Positions 39,100-52,070 are shown, counted from the first letter of the stretch. The stretch is DNA of 64,000 nt from Sphaerodactylus townsendi (GCF_021028975.2 NC_059432.1:7874001-7938000); one strand, 5' to 3'. The notes: generated from the sequence alone by a model not told the origin. Translations and numbers: made by a program.

Positions 39100-40865
39100 G
39101 TGGAAGAATCACAAATATAAGCAAGATAGGAGGAAGTCAGGTGGAGAAGAAATGGCACTGGGAAGAAAAGGAGATATATATATATATATATTGTCACAGG
39201 TGACTCCCTGCTGAGGGGTTTGGAACATCATGTGTATGGGCCTGGTCCCTGACCTGAAGGTATGTTGCTTGCCAGGGGCAAAAATAAGATATTGTAGATT
39301 GGATCCCAAAATTGGTCTAACTCACAGATCATCACCCATTTGGGACCTAATGACATGGCCATGAACACCTTCAAAAGCATGAAGGCTGAATATGAAGGTC
39401 TAGGAAGGAGGTTGAAGGCAATGGGGGCACAGGTGGTGTTCTCTTCGATTCTTCCTGTCAGAGGAAGGGGAACGCGATGGGAACAGAAGATATTGGATGT
39501 GAACCACTGGCTGCGATGGTAGTGCTGCCAGGAACATTTCGAACTCTGGAACCACAGGCCAGATTTCCTGGATGATGACCTTCTACATGTCGGACTTCGT
39601 CAATCAAGGTCAGGGAAGAATGTGTTTGGCAGAAACCTGGGGAGATTCATCAGCAGGGCTTTACACTGACAATACAAGGGAAGGAGATGACCAACCTAGA
39701 GATTTAAATGAAGGAAAGAGCAAATAGGGTATGGAAGGACTACTCATTAAATTTATAGATGATCCCAAATTGGGGGGAGCAGCAAACACTCCAGAAGACA
39801 GAGATGGAATTCAACAGCATCTGAACACACTGGGAAAGTGGGCAGACGTTAACAAGATGCAAATCAACAAGGATAAGTGCCAAGTTCTACATTTTGGTAA
39901 CAAACATTAGGAATACACATACTGGACGAGGGATACACTATTGAGTAGCAGTGTGTATGAACAAGATCTTGGGGTATGGGTGTTTGGGTATTAGTTAAAT
40001 ATGAGCAGTCAGTGAAATGCAGCAACAAAAAAAGCTAATGCAATCAATGGGTGCATCAACAGAGGCATAACATCCCAAATGGGGAGATGTCATAATCCTG
40101 CTGTACACCACGTTGGTCATGAGGCTTCACCTGGATTATTGTGTGCAGTTCTGGAGGCCTCACTTCAAAAGGGATGTGGACAGGAGGGAGCGGGTGCAGA
40201 GGAGAGCGACGAGGATAATCTGGGGCATGGAGACCAAACCCTGTGAGGGAAGGCTGAGGGGCCGGGGAACGTTTAGTCTGCAGAACAGGAGACTGAGGGG
40301 GAATATTTAAGAATCTGAAAGGCTGTCACTTAGAGGAGGACAGGGAGCTAAACTTCTTGAGTTCAATAAGAGAGCAGCAGTGGTGTAGTGGGTAAGAGCA
40401 GGTGCATTCTAATATGGAAGAATCGGGTTTGATTCCCCACTCTGCTGCTTGAGCTGTGGAGGCTTATCTGGGGAATTCAGATTAGCCTGTGCACTCCCAC
40501 ACACGCCAGCAGGATGACCTTGGGCTAGTCACAGCTTCTTGGAGTTCTCTCAGCCCCACCCACCTCACAGGGTGTTTGTTGTGAGGGGGGAAGGGCAGGG
40601 AGATTGTCAGCCCCTTTGAGTCTCCTACAGGATAGAAAGGGGGGATAGAAATCCAAAACTCTTCTTCACTCTTCTTCTAATGGGTTTAAATTATGGGCAG
40701 AAAGGGACTGGCTGGATATTAGAGCAAAATTTTACAGTCAGGATTATTTAGTCAGTGGAATCAGCTGCCAAGGGAGGTTGTGAGCTCCCTCTCATTGGAA
40801 ATTTTAAAGTAGGGGATTGGGCCAGATGGCCTGTTTGCCCCCTTCTAACTCTATGATTCTATGAA
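39100..40865 (+). mobile_element. Internally deleted CR1 (ORF1 esterase joined to RT C-terminus and 3' UTR)
   Basis: GRRLKAMGAQVVFSSILPVRG (SGNH esterase), then LLIKF.DD and HLDYCVQFWRPHFKRDVD...VQRRATR; tail ccttctaactctatgattctatga. Confidence 0.8.
40370..40677 (+). mobile_element. Squam3-like SINE inserted in CR1
   Basis: A box tggtgtagtgg, B box ggtttgattcc, (CTT)n tail; splits the CR1 sequence caataa|tgggtttaaa. Confidence 0.85.
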
Positions 40866-41033
40866 AAACAAAAAGGAGTAGAAGTTTCTTTAATGAAGAA
40901 AGGAAAACAACATTTGAGGAAGGGGAGACTCAGAGCAAAGGGGAATGGTTGAAAAGTGAGCAACTGAGTTTATCCAGCTTCTAGCCACGAGCTAAAGACA
41001 TTATTTTTGGCATGTGAAGTCTAGTGCTGGCCT

Positions 41034-42425
41034 CAAGGATGTAGGTAAGGGGGGGGTTCTCGGGTTCAACCCCCCCATTGCATGTCCAAAGCTCTGCCCC
41101 GTTTGTGGTTTGTTTGTATTTTAAAGTGTTTTTTGGTTTTTGGCCTGCAGGGGGCACATTTTTAGGCTAGCAGCACCAAACCTTCAGGCTATCGTCAGGT
41201 GACACTCCTGATGATACCAGCCAAGTTTGGTAAAGTTTGGTTCAGGGGATCCAAGGTTATGGACCCTCAAAGGGGGTGCCCCATTACCCATTGTTTCCAA
41301 TGGGAGCTAATAGTAGATGGGGTTATTTTTATTTATTTTAGAGTTTTTTATACCGCCCCACCCCCGAAAGGTTACCATTTTGAGGGTCCATCTCTTTGGA
41401 CCCCCTAAACCAAACTTCACTAAATCTAGGTGGTATCATCAGGAGAGTCTCCTGTTGACACCAATTCAGGTTTGTTGTTTAGCCGAACGTTAGCGGACTC
41501 CCAAAGGGTGCGGCCCCATCCCCATTGTTTTCAATGGAGCTACTAGAAGATGGGGTCACAATCTTGAAGGTCTACAACTTTGGACCCCTGAACTGTGAAC
41601 CCCTCACTCAAATCTAGGTAGGTATCATCAGGAGGAGTGTCCTGTTGTACCACCAAGGTTGGTGAAGTTTGGCTCAGGGGTCCAAAGTTATGGACTCCCA
41701 AAGGGGTGCCCATCCCCATTGTTTTATTGGGAGCTAATAGAAGATGGGGCCACCTTTGAAGGTCTGGCACAGACCCCTAGACAAACTACCAAACCTGGAG
41801 TGGTATCATCCAGGAGGGAAGTGAAAAATACAAGATACCCTGAAAGTTTCCAGGTGACGTGCCTAACTAACAATTGACCCCTGACAGCAGGCACCACCCA
41901 AATTTCCCCAGATTTAAAGGGAGAATCTGAGGCCCCCAGATTAAACCTTGAAAGTGATGCTGTTTCAGGGTGGGGGATAATCCACCCCAAAACAGCAACA
42001 CTTTCAATATTGTTTTAACTGGGGACCCCAGATTCTCCTTTAAGATGGATTTAAAAGGAGAATCTGCGCTCCCTAATTTAAACACCATTGAAAGTGATGC
42101 TGTTTGGGGGTGGATTTCAGCATCACAGCAGCCACCCATGGGGGGCCCCCGCAAACCTCAGGTTTTGCACCGGGCTCCATTTTCCCTAGCTACCCTTCTG
42201 CCTGGAGGGGAGGGAGAAGGGACTGCTGGCTACCAGCTGGGAGCCCAGCCAGTGGGGGGGGGGGCAGGAAAGGGAGGTCTGCCATCTCTGGCCTTGGAGA
42301 GTTGCTTTTATAAGCACTGAGGCCAGGGGCGGGGCTTGGGGAGGTGTGACCACGCCCCCAGGGGCAGGTGGGGGCGTGGCCTTGCCCCTGAACCCCCCCA
42401 TAAAAAATCTATACCTACGTCACTG
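41034..42425 (+). mobile_element. Non-autonomous hAT DNA transposon (family B)
   Basis: TIRs CAAGGATGTAGGTA... and ...TACCTACGTCACTG; perfect 8-bp TSD GCTGGCCT (41026-41033 and 42426-42433). Confidence 0.9.
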
Positions 42426-43455
42426 GCTGGCCTACCAGTTACGGGCACGTTTTGATGAACCAACCGTCTTTATCCTTCTCACCCCTCTAACACTAAGGCG
42501 GTAGCATAGGAACCACTGGCAGCAAGTGCCCACATGACCAGACAGGAAGAGCCATAGTTACGGCCTCATGGGGCTGGGCAGGACAGGGAAAGAAAGGAGG
42601 CACCTGGAGGAAAGACTCCCTTGTGCAGAAAAGGAATCCTCTCCTCTCCACTGACCGATCCTGCCTCACCCTCCGGCTGTTTTCTGGAGAGGGGAGAGCC
42701 ACGGGCTTCGTGTTCTGGGCACGCGTGTGTGTGCTGCGAGCCCTTCCAGCAAGCAGCCCTTATTTGCTATGCAAAAGCTAAATTCTCCCTTTTTACAGAA
42801 AAAAAAAATCAGTCCGTACGGTTTTGTGGTACCCCACATAAATGCCACCCTTGGTCAAGCTAATTAAGGGGAATATTTTTTCCTCCTAGAGGCAGCCCTC
42901 AACAGAGATGGTTCCCAGGGGGCTGTCCTGCCAGAGGAGAGGCTCAAGGAACCACACGGTGGTACGGAAACTCTTAAATATCTCAGAGAGCTTAATTTCA
43001 AGAAGGCATAAACCTAGTAGTTCACTCACTTATTAGCGGTGCCACCAGTGAGAATAGAGGGTGAAAAGGTTGGTGTCCCCCCCTTGTGCAAGTGATAGAA
43101 TTAGGCTAGAAGAGGAAATAAATACCTCAAGAGTGGTGGTGCCCAGTAGCTTGAAACCTGACTAATCCAATTCCTTCCTCACCTGGGTCAAACAGGGGAG
43201 CTTGCTGAACCTGATTTACCAAACATCCCCTTGTATATTGCCTTTGCTGGCATCATGGGAAATAGAGGAAATATTGCGAAGGGCTCTTCAGCCCCCAGCT
43301 CTCTGACAAAACACAGTGGTGCTGGAGAGCATGAGGCAGTCTGCTCAGCTCACAATGCCTCTCATTTTCCCAGTGACCCAGTTCTGTTCAGGCTAGCCAT
43401 TTCTTTCTTTGACACACACACACAAGCAGGAACACCTGGCTACTTTAAATGAATT

Positions 43456-44927
43456 CAGATCTCCCAGGAGATTAAAAGAACTGGCAGAAGTAATCTCAGA
43501 ACCACTTGCTATAATCTTTGAGAACTCCTGGAGAACAGGAGAAGTCCCAGCAGGACTGGAGGAGGGCTAAGGTTATCCCCATATTCACAAAGGGGAAAAA
43601 GGAGAACCCTAATAATTCCTGTCCACTTAGCCTGACATCAATACCAGGAAAGATTCTGGAGCAGATCATTAAACAGACATTCTGCCAGCACTTAGAAGGC
43701 AATACTGTGATCACAAAAAGTCAGCATGGGTTTCTGGAAAAACAAGTCATGCCAGACTAATCTTATCTCTTTTTTTGATAGAAAGACCAATTTGGTACAC
43801 GAAGGGAATGCTGTGGACAGAGTACCTTGATTTTAGTAAAGCTTTTGACAAGGTGCCCCATAATATTCTTGCAAATAAGCTAGTGAAATGTGGACTAGAC
43901 AATGCTACTATTAGATGGATTTCTAATTGGTTGACTGATTGAACTAAAAAGCGCTCATCAATGGCTCATCTTCATCCTGGAGAGAAGTGACTAGTGGGGT
44001 GCCACAGGGTTCTATTCTGGGCCCAGTGCTATTCAATATTTTTTATTAATGACTTGGATAATGGAATAGAGGGCATGTTAATCAAATTTGCAGATGATAC
44101 CAAAACAGGAGGGGTAGCTTATACCGCAGAGGACAAAGTCAGTATTCAAAATTACCTGGACAGATTAGAGAGCTAGGCCAAAACGAACATAATGCATTTC
44201 AACAGAAATAAATGTAAGATACTACAGTTGGGCAGAAAAAATGGAACGCACAGATACAGGATGGGTGACACCTGGCTTGACAACACTACATGCAAAAGGT
44301 ATCTTGGAGTCTTAGTAGAACATGAGTCAGCAGTGCGATGTGGCAGCCAATAAAGCCAATGCGATTCTGGGCTGTATCTAGTATAGTATAGGAGTAGAGT
44401 ATAGTGTCTAGATCAAGGGATATTCTGCATTGGTTAGACCTCACCTGGAATATTGTGTACAGTTCTGGGCACCACAATTCAGGAAGGATAGTGACAAGCT
44501 GGAACGTGTCCAGAGGAGGGCAATCAAAATGGTAAAAGGTCTGGAATCCATGCCCTACAAAGAGAGGCTTAGGGAGCTGGGTATGTTTAGTTTGGTGAAG
44601 AGAAAGTTAAGAGGTGACATGATAGTTTAGATATTTGAAGGGATGCCATGTTGGTGAGGGATCAAGCTTGTTTTCTGCTGCTCCAGAGACTGGGACCAGG
44701 AGTAATGGGTTCACGGTGGAGGAAAAGATCACCTAAACATCAGGAAAAACTTCCTGACTGTCAGGGCTGTTCGACAGTGGAGTGTGGTGGAGTCTCCTTC
44801 TTTGGAGGTTTTTATCCAGAGGCTGGATAGCCATATGACAAGAGTGCTTTGATTGTGTGTTCCTGAAATTGCAGGGGGTTGGACTTGATGGCCCTTGGGG
44901 GTCTCTTCCAATGCTGTGATTCTATGA
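43456..44927 (+). mobile_element. CR1 LINE, 5'-truncated (RT and 3' UTR)
   Basis: DWRRAKVIPIFTKGKKENP...[40 protein letters not shown]; tail gtgattctatga. Confidence 0.92.
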
Positions 44928-45738
44928 AGTGATCTGGAGTTTATTCCTCTGAGCCCAGTTATAATGTTTCTGTGTTCATCTTTGCAAGGGTGAAGTCTAG
45001 CAATGCTGTTCAGCATGAAGCAGCAATGCAAGAATGTGATCTAAGGATCTGGCTCAATTGGCGAGCTTCCTCTTGAGCCACCAGGGAGGAGTTCCAGTCT
45101 GCCATTCCGCACAGTGGAAATCAGCCCCGCCAGCGGCCGACCGCCCTCACAAGGATGCACTGGACAAGGACAGCTTCTGACTCCTCTGTTTTTTCCTTCC
45201 AAGTCACTCGGCTGGATCCTGCTGTTGTTCTACTACTCTGCTGTGTCATTCTGGAAGCCTCCCTCCAACAAAACTCTGATGGAAGTGACCTTTGGAACAC
45301 TTCCACATAAGAAAGGTGAATGCCAGAATCCACAGTATCTCACCCTAACCTGCCTCTCGGTGGTGTTGCTCTGAGGTTGATGTGGGTGAAGAGAGAATGC
45401 CACTTTGGGTCCCTGTTAGGCACTTGGATCAAACTTTAAAAAATCATCCCCAGGACCAAAATGCACCTCTTTCCCCAGCTGTGCTTTTGATTTTTTTCTT
45501 TGTCTGCATCCATTCTGAATTTCAGGACAGCATGACCAACACGGCCGTCCACTGACAGGTTATCTAAATACTGCAAACCCTCCGGTTTTGGCAGGGTCTG
45601 GATGGGAAAAGTCTATTCCTCTGCTCAGCTTCCAATGGCATCTCCAAATACAGGGAATCCTAACAAGATGCCAGTTGTCCAAGGTGAAGACGCCGTTCCC
45701 ACTCCACCCCCACCCCATGTTTTAGCAGCAAACATTAC

Positions 45739-45841
45739 CTGTCCCAGGAGGGTCCAATGAGCCATAGAAGAATTCCCACTTGGCCTTGGCTATGCGCTGC
45801 GCATGAGCAGAACACTCACGGGAATATGCCCACGGGCCTCC
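45739..45841 (-). CDS. PSD: PSD coding exon 2 (103 bp)
   Basis: ctgcag|GGA acceptor after an 88-bp intron; GGPWAYSRECSAHAQRIAKAKWEFFYGSLDPPGT (PSD motif HAQRIARAKWEFFYGSLDPP); donor G|GTAATG, phase 1. Confidence 0.95.
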
Positions 45842-45929
45842 CTGCAGAAGGAGAGAGAGAGGAAGAGCTTGATCAGGGGTCTTTGGAATGGGCAGGGGGG
45901 CCACGTTTCTGGCTTTCTCTGTGCAGTAC

Positions 45930-46886
45930 CTGGGATTCTTCACTCTGTGGACCTCTCCAGAGCACCGAGAGATCCCTGGCAGGGCTGCTCATCCCATTGG
46001 TGAGGGAGCTGGAGAGGCAGTGAGCAGCCAGAGGGCGAAGGAGGCTCCCGTGGCCCAGGCTCAGGGAGGAGGATTGTGCGCTTGCAAGGAACTTGCTTCC
46101 CGTCAGAAGGGGGTCTGAAGCAGAAGTTTCCAGCTTCAACTTGTGACTCAGGTGCTCCTGGACTTTACTGCCAAGGGCCAGTGCGGCCTGTTTGCCTGCA
46201 GGCGCTGTGGTGGAGCTGTCTATCTTCGACCTGGCCTCCTCCTTCACAACGTGAGTGGCAGGCGCTGGGGATGTGACCGCTTTGTGCTGTGGAGAACACA
46301 GCTGCTTTGGGAGAGTGGGGCAACCATTCCCCTGCTTGCTGGGGCCACAGGCGAGGGCTTCCCCCAGTTCCAGGCTCCTGCTCAGCCCCTTCTCCCTCTT
46401 GGGCTCTGCCAGGGGGAGGCCGTTCAGGGTTTTCACACTGGCCTTCTCAATAAAGCGGAAGGTCACCACGGAGCTTTGTCCACCAGGGACCGGGGCCACC
46501 AAAGGGCTGCGGCTACCTGGAGAGCCCAGGGAATGGGACGGCTTGCTCCTCAGTGGGGTGCATGGGGCTGTCACTCTCCCTGAGCTGGGGCAGCTGCCAT
46601 TGCCCAGGCAACTCATCTCGGCCACTCTGTGGATGAGGGAACCGGTGCTGCTGTACATGCCCAGCTGGGACCACCTGGCTTCAGGGGTCAGCCCCTTGCG
46701 GAGAAGGTGGAGCCGACCAGCATTCAGGTTGGGTGTGAGGCAGGGCTGAGGGCTGAAGGCAGCCAGGTCTGCATTCTTGGACGGTGACGGACGAGGTCTC
46801 CTCTCCAGAGCTCGAGGGAAGTGTTGAGGGGACATCATACGGTCTCCCTCAGGGCGGAAACACACAACGGCCTCCACTTGAGACAT
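45930..46886 (-). CDS. PSD: PSD/EFA6A coding exon 1 (start codon; N-terminal Pro/Ser-rich region, 319 codons)
   Basis: Acceptor cctttgctttcccccag|G at 46887, then ATG at 46886. Translates MSQVEAVVCFRPEGD...MYSSTGSL...RVTAPCTPLR...QSSVVTFRFIEKASVKTLNGLP...KLKLETSASDPL, matching recalled human PSD motifs (MYGSTGSL, RVTAPCTPLR, QSSVVIFRFVEKASVRPLNGLP). Donor CAG|GTACTG, phase 0. Confidence 0.93.
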
Positions 46887-47415
46887 CCTGGGGGAAAGCA
46901 AAGGCTCAGGATTGCAGCTGGGAGGGGAAGGACAAGGACAAGGAGCTTCCCAGACACTGCTAAGATGTAAAGCCAAACAGAAGCGACGACAGCACCCTCA
47001 CGTGGCCCTGAAACAGAGAGCAGAAGGTCAGAAGTCAGTCACTCTGAGACACAGCGACTCAAAGAAAGAGCACAGACACAGACCTTACACTGCAGCTGCC
47101 TAGAAATCATCTCACAGCACATACGGCCGTGCGGACTTTCAATTTCACACAGATTTTTCCTGTGAAATGTATGCAGATTGGGTGCTAGGCTACAGTCCAC
47201 ATTCTGCATCCCTTTAATCAAGACTGAACCTCTGCTGTAGAGGCGCCACGTTCTCCAGGGACCCCAGTCCCCAGCCGCCATCCCTCCAAGAGGGTGCAGT
47301 AACACCACTAGCACCCTTCCCTTGGGCACTGGGCTCACTGTGCAGCCTTCATCTAGTCACTCTCTCTCTCTCTTGGTCTAACCAAACCCATTTCATGGGA
47401 TTGCTGGAAAGTTAT

Positions 47416-47707
47416 GAGGAAGAAGAAGAGTTGGATTTATATCCCCCCTTTCCCTCCTGCAGGAGACTCAAAGGGGCTGACAATCTCCTGGCCCTTCCCC
47501 CCTCACAACAAACACCCTGTGAGGTGGGTGGGGCTGAGAGAGCTCCGAGAAGCTGTGACTAGCCCAAGGTCACCCAGCTGGTGTGTGTGGGAGTGCACAG
47601 GCTAATCTGAATTCCCCAGATAAGCCTCCACAACTCAACTGGCATAGCTGGGAATCAAACCCGGTTCCTCCAGATCAGAATGCACCTGCTCTTAACCACT
47701 ACGCCAC
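47416..47707 (-). mobile_element. Squam3-like SINE
   Basis: Reverse complement is near-identical to the 40370 copy; A box tggcgtagtgg, B box ggtttgattcc, (CTT)n tail. Confidence 0.88.
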
Positions 47708-49629
47708 AGAAATGGCGCATGTCACACTGAGGTCCTTGGGGAAAGGGCTGGATAAAGATGTATGGCACAACCATTCCATGACACGAATGGCAAACAAACA
47801 AAACCAGAGACTGGGAGCCCCCCTGTGCTTGCCCCCATCCCCTGCCTGCCACCAAGCGGCCTTCTGGCACATGCAGAGCCAGGGATCTGCAGGAGGCACC
47901 AACGGCTCTTTGCTGCCCACCCAGCCAGGGCTTCTTCAGGGCAAAAGCAACAGATGCTGCACCTTCTCCCCTGGCTGCCTGGAAGTGACAGCCCAGCAGC
48001 AATTTACACCCACTGCTGACTGCTGCCACCTTAGACAGCAGCAACTGAAGCCCGGGAGCCAATCCGGGGCCGTGTGAGCACTCCTCGCTCCCACCACTGT
48101 ATTCCAGCAGGATAAATTCTGGGCAGCAGCTGGGGCCCTTCGCCCTCTGCACGGCCTCGCTGCTCTTTGGCCCTGCATTTGCTCCCCAGAAGTGGAGAAC
48201 AGGACAGCTCCGCCTGACTGCAGGACCGCACAAGTTCAAACGACCACCCTCCAGCTTGGCACTTTCAAAGTAGGAAGGACCCCACACTTGTCCCTGGGTC
48301 CTCATTTGGTTTCCCACGGCGTAGCTGCCCTAAGATGGCCTGCAATTCCCAGCCCCTCGATTCTTTTAAGGTTGCACATGGCACCCGGCAAAACCTCTTG
48401 ATTTTTTTGGTTAAAGTAATGGTCTGTGGGCTGTGTGTGAGGCGGGGGACTAGGAGGGGCCTTTTCCCCAGCAGACCCCACCTGACAGGTGCCTGGGGGA
48501 TCCCGGTGTGCCTTGTTTGCTGCGTCACACAAAGGACTATGCAGATGAAACAAAAAGAGCACAACCCTTGCAAAGAGCCACCAAGGGTCAGAGGCCTACA
48601 GGTGTGTCCTTGTGCAGAGGATTCATACATGAACCAATCAAAGCAGGTGCCACTACTTTTCATTCACTGGGTCCCCATGCAATGCCTTGTGCAAGCTGCA
48701 TGTCCAGTGCAAAGAGTTTCCTTGCCAAATCTGCCCCCACCTGAAATCCCCCCCCCAACGCCCTCTGGTCCCAGACCGTGGAAGATCGTTTGCTTCAGCA
48801 TCCCACAGTCCAGGGGTAGGGAGTGACCTGCTCAAACTACCTGTAAAGATCTTAAAGTTTGCTTATTTCTTTTAAGTGTTCTTTTTTCTCTTGCAAAATG
48901 CTGTGTGTACAACTGTAAAATCCTGAGCTATTTTTAGGCTGGGCCCGAGGGGGGGGAGGTGGACAGATATCTTTTAAAAAATTGTTTAAAATTTATATAA
49001 CAGAAAAAGAAGATAAAAAGAAAAATGGATCCTATCCTAGTTACAATTCTAAATACTAAGAGAGACACCAATGTTATTTACATAGAACTATATAAAAATC
49101 TTAAATCAATTACAAATATTAAATATTTTTAAGGTAGATTGTAACAGACCAAGATTTTTCCAAGCAGGAGCAAAAAGAAAATCAGGAATTTTGTTATTCT
49201 AATGACTAAACAGGAGGGGTGGGCGCTGCTTCTCTTTCTTGTCCACCACTGCATACCTTCTATATAAAGCAATCCTGGACAGTGGGTGGGTACTGCACTT
49301 GCAAGAGGGGGGAACACCCTTTAAAAATAAACAGAGAAGACACCTTAATGTGTAGCTAAAGATCAGAGGGCATAGAAATTTGTGTTTGTATTGTGTGCAG
49401 TGGGGTACACACAATTATGGCCAGAATCATACTGAGTGTCCCCAAGGAACCATCTAGACAGCTGTACAAAGTCCACAGTTGAGTCTCCTGATATGTGTTT
49501 TTAAAGGTAAAAAGCATCCACCAGGTCTCTTGATTTGACCTGGGTCAGGACATAAGACCGGAGGGTGGGGGGGGGGGGGTACTTTTCCCCTACCAGAAAT
49601 TGCTCACCTTCTGAGCATTTATTACAAAC

Positions 49630-52070
49630 ATAAAGTTGGAAGAGGCCACAAGAGCCATCCAGTCCAACCCCCTGCAAGGCAGGAATACACAATCAAAGTA
49701 TCCTTGGCAGGTGGCTATCCAACCCCTGTTTAAAAACCTCCAAAGAAGGAAATTCCACCATCCTACAAGGTAGTGTATGCCACTGTCGAAAGCTCTCGCC
49801 ATCAGGAAGTTCTTCCTGTAGTTTAGGTGGAATCTCTTTTCCTGCACCTTGAATCCATTACTCCTTGTCCTAATCTCTGGAGAAGCAGAAAACAAGCTTG
49901 CTCCATCTTCAACAGGGCATTCCTTCGAATACTGAAACATGACTATCATGTCCCCACCTTAATCTTCTCTTCTGCAGGATAAACATGCTCAGCTGCCTGC
50001 CTAAGCCACTTCTCATAGGGCATGGAATCCAGACCTTTGACCATTTTGGTCACTCTCCTCTGGACACACTCCACCATGTCAATATCCTTCTTGAATTGTG
50101 GTGCCCAGAACTGGACACAGTATATCAGGTGAAGTCTGACCAATGCAGAATAGAGTGGTACTACTATGTTCCTAGATCTCCTATGGATGCAGCTCAGAAT
50201 TGTATTGGCTTTCTTGGTTGGTGTTTCACACTGCTGACTCATCTTCAGTTTCTGGTCTACTAAGACTCCCAGATCCCTTTCACATGAACTGTAGTCAAGC
50301 CAGGTGTCCCCCAGCCTATATCTGTGCATTTCTTTTTTTTCTGCCTAAGTGCAGAATCTTACATTTATCTCTGTTGAAATCCATGTTATTCATTTTGGCC
50401 CAGCTCTCTATTGGTCCAGATAATTTTGAATTCTGACCCTGTCCTCTGAGGTATTCATTACCCCTTTTAATTTGGTGTCATCTGCAAATTTGATTAGCAT
50501 GCCTTCTATCCTATCATCCAAGACATTGATAAAAATATTGAATAGCACTGGGCCCAGGACAAAACCCAGTGGCATCTCACTAGTAACTTCTTTCCAGGAC
50601 AAAGATGAGCCATTGGTGAGCACTTGGGTTTGATCAGTAAACCAATTAAAAATCCATTTAACAGTAGCATTGTCTAGCCCACATTTTAGTAGCTTGCTTG
50701 CAAGAATGTCATGGGGGACCTTGTCAAATGCCTTACTGAAATCAAGATATGCTACATCCACAGCATTCCCTTGATCTACCAAACCTGTCACTCTATCAAG
50801 AAGAAGAGGAAGAAAGGAAGGAAGGCAAAAGAATGAAAAAAGAAAGAATGAAAGAAAGAAAGAACGAATGAAAGTGGAGGAGGAGGAGGAGTCTGGCATG
50901 ATTTGTTTTTGAAAAACCCATGTTGACTTTTAGTGATCATGGCATTCCCTTCTAAATGCTTCCAGACTGTTTAATGGTTTGCTCTAGAATTCCTGGTATT
51001 GATGTCAGGCTGACTGGGGACTAATTGTTTGGGACCTCTTTTTCTCCCCTTTTTAAGATGGGGAGAACATCAGTTCTCCTCCAGTTTGCTTGGACTTCTC
51101 CTGTTCTCCAGGAATTCTTAAAGATTATTGGGTTCTGACATTACAGCTGACAGTGCTCTTAATACCCTGGGATGTAGTTAATCAGGCTCTGGAGATTTGA
51201 ATTCATTTAAAGTAGCCAGGTATTCCTAGCCTACCTTTTTATTTATTCTGAGCTCAATTTCCCCTACTGCATCTTCTGTTCCATTTCTTCCTGGTTGAGC
51301 ACTGTTTTCCTTTTGGGAGAAGAGCAGGAGAAAGAAGGTGTTGAGTAGTTCTGCCTTTTCTCTGTCCTCTGTTAGCATTTTGCCATCTTCTCCACATAGT
51401 GACCCTATCACATCTTTTTTCTTCCTTTTGCTATGGACATAACCAAAAAACCCTTTTAAAACAGTTTTTAACCTCTTTGGCAAGACTGAGTTCATTCTGC
51501 ACTTTTGCTTCTCTGACTTTCTCCCTACACATCCTCGCTATTTCTTTGAATTCTTGTTTGGTGATTTCCTCCTTTTCCCGGTTTTTGTTCATGTCCCTTT
51601 TAAATCTTTGCTCAATTGAAAGGTCTTTGGACACCCATCCTGATTTCTTTAGACAGCTCCCATTTTTCCTCCTCATTGGAACTGTCTGAAATTGTGCTTC
51701 AAGATCTCACTTTTAAGAAACTCCCATCCCCCCTGCACTCCCTTCTTGTTCAGTATTCTTAACCCTGGGATCACACCCAGTAGTTTCCTGAAATCCGCTT
51801 TCTTAAAGTCTAGCATGTCTGACTATGCTTGGCGTCCCCTTTCCACTGAATAACAAACTCCAGGATAACGTGGTTTTCCCACCTAAGGGATAATTGACAT
51901 CTCCTATTACTACTTTTTCTTTCTGAAAGTTTGGTCGTCTGTTCCAGGAAGGCATCATCCAACCCCTCAGTCTGGCTTGGGGGGTGGGGTGGGGGTGGTC
52001 TGTAATAGACCTCCATAACAAGATCACTGTTGTTCCTCTCCCCTTTAATTTTTACTTTCAGAACAAATGA
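49630..52070 (-). mobile_element. CR1 LINE (partial endonuclease, RT, 3' UTR)
   Basis: [38 protein letters not shown] and [13 protein letters not shown] on the minus strand; purine-rich microsatellite insert at about 50798-50890. Confidence 0.92.

Noticed and set aside
40370-40445. tRNA-like A/B boxes here, and 5S-like sequence at 28600-28655, as RNA genes
   Set aside because: They are heads of multi-copy SINEs, with no complete cloverleaf or full 5S sequence.
46887-46976. N-terminal extension MALHLSS... of the 367-aa ORF
   Set aside because: The start codon is TTG and the stretch covers the polypyrimidine tract and AG acceptor; homology to PSD starts at the ATG at 46886.
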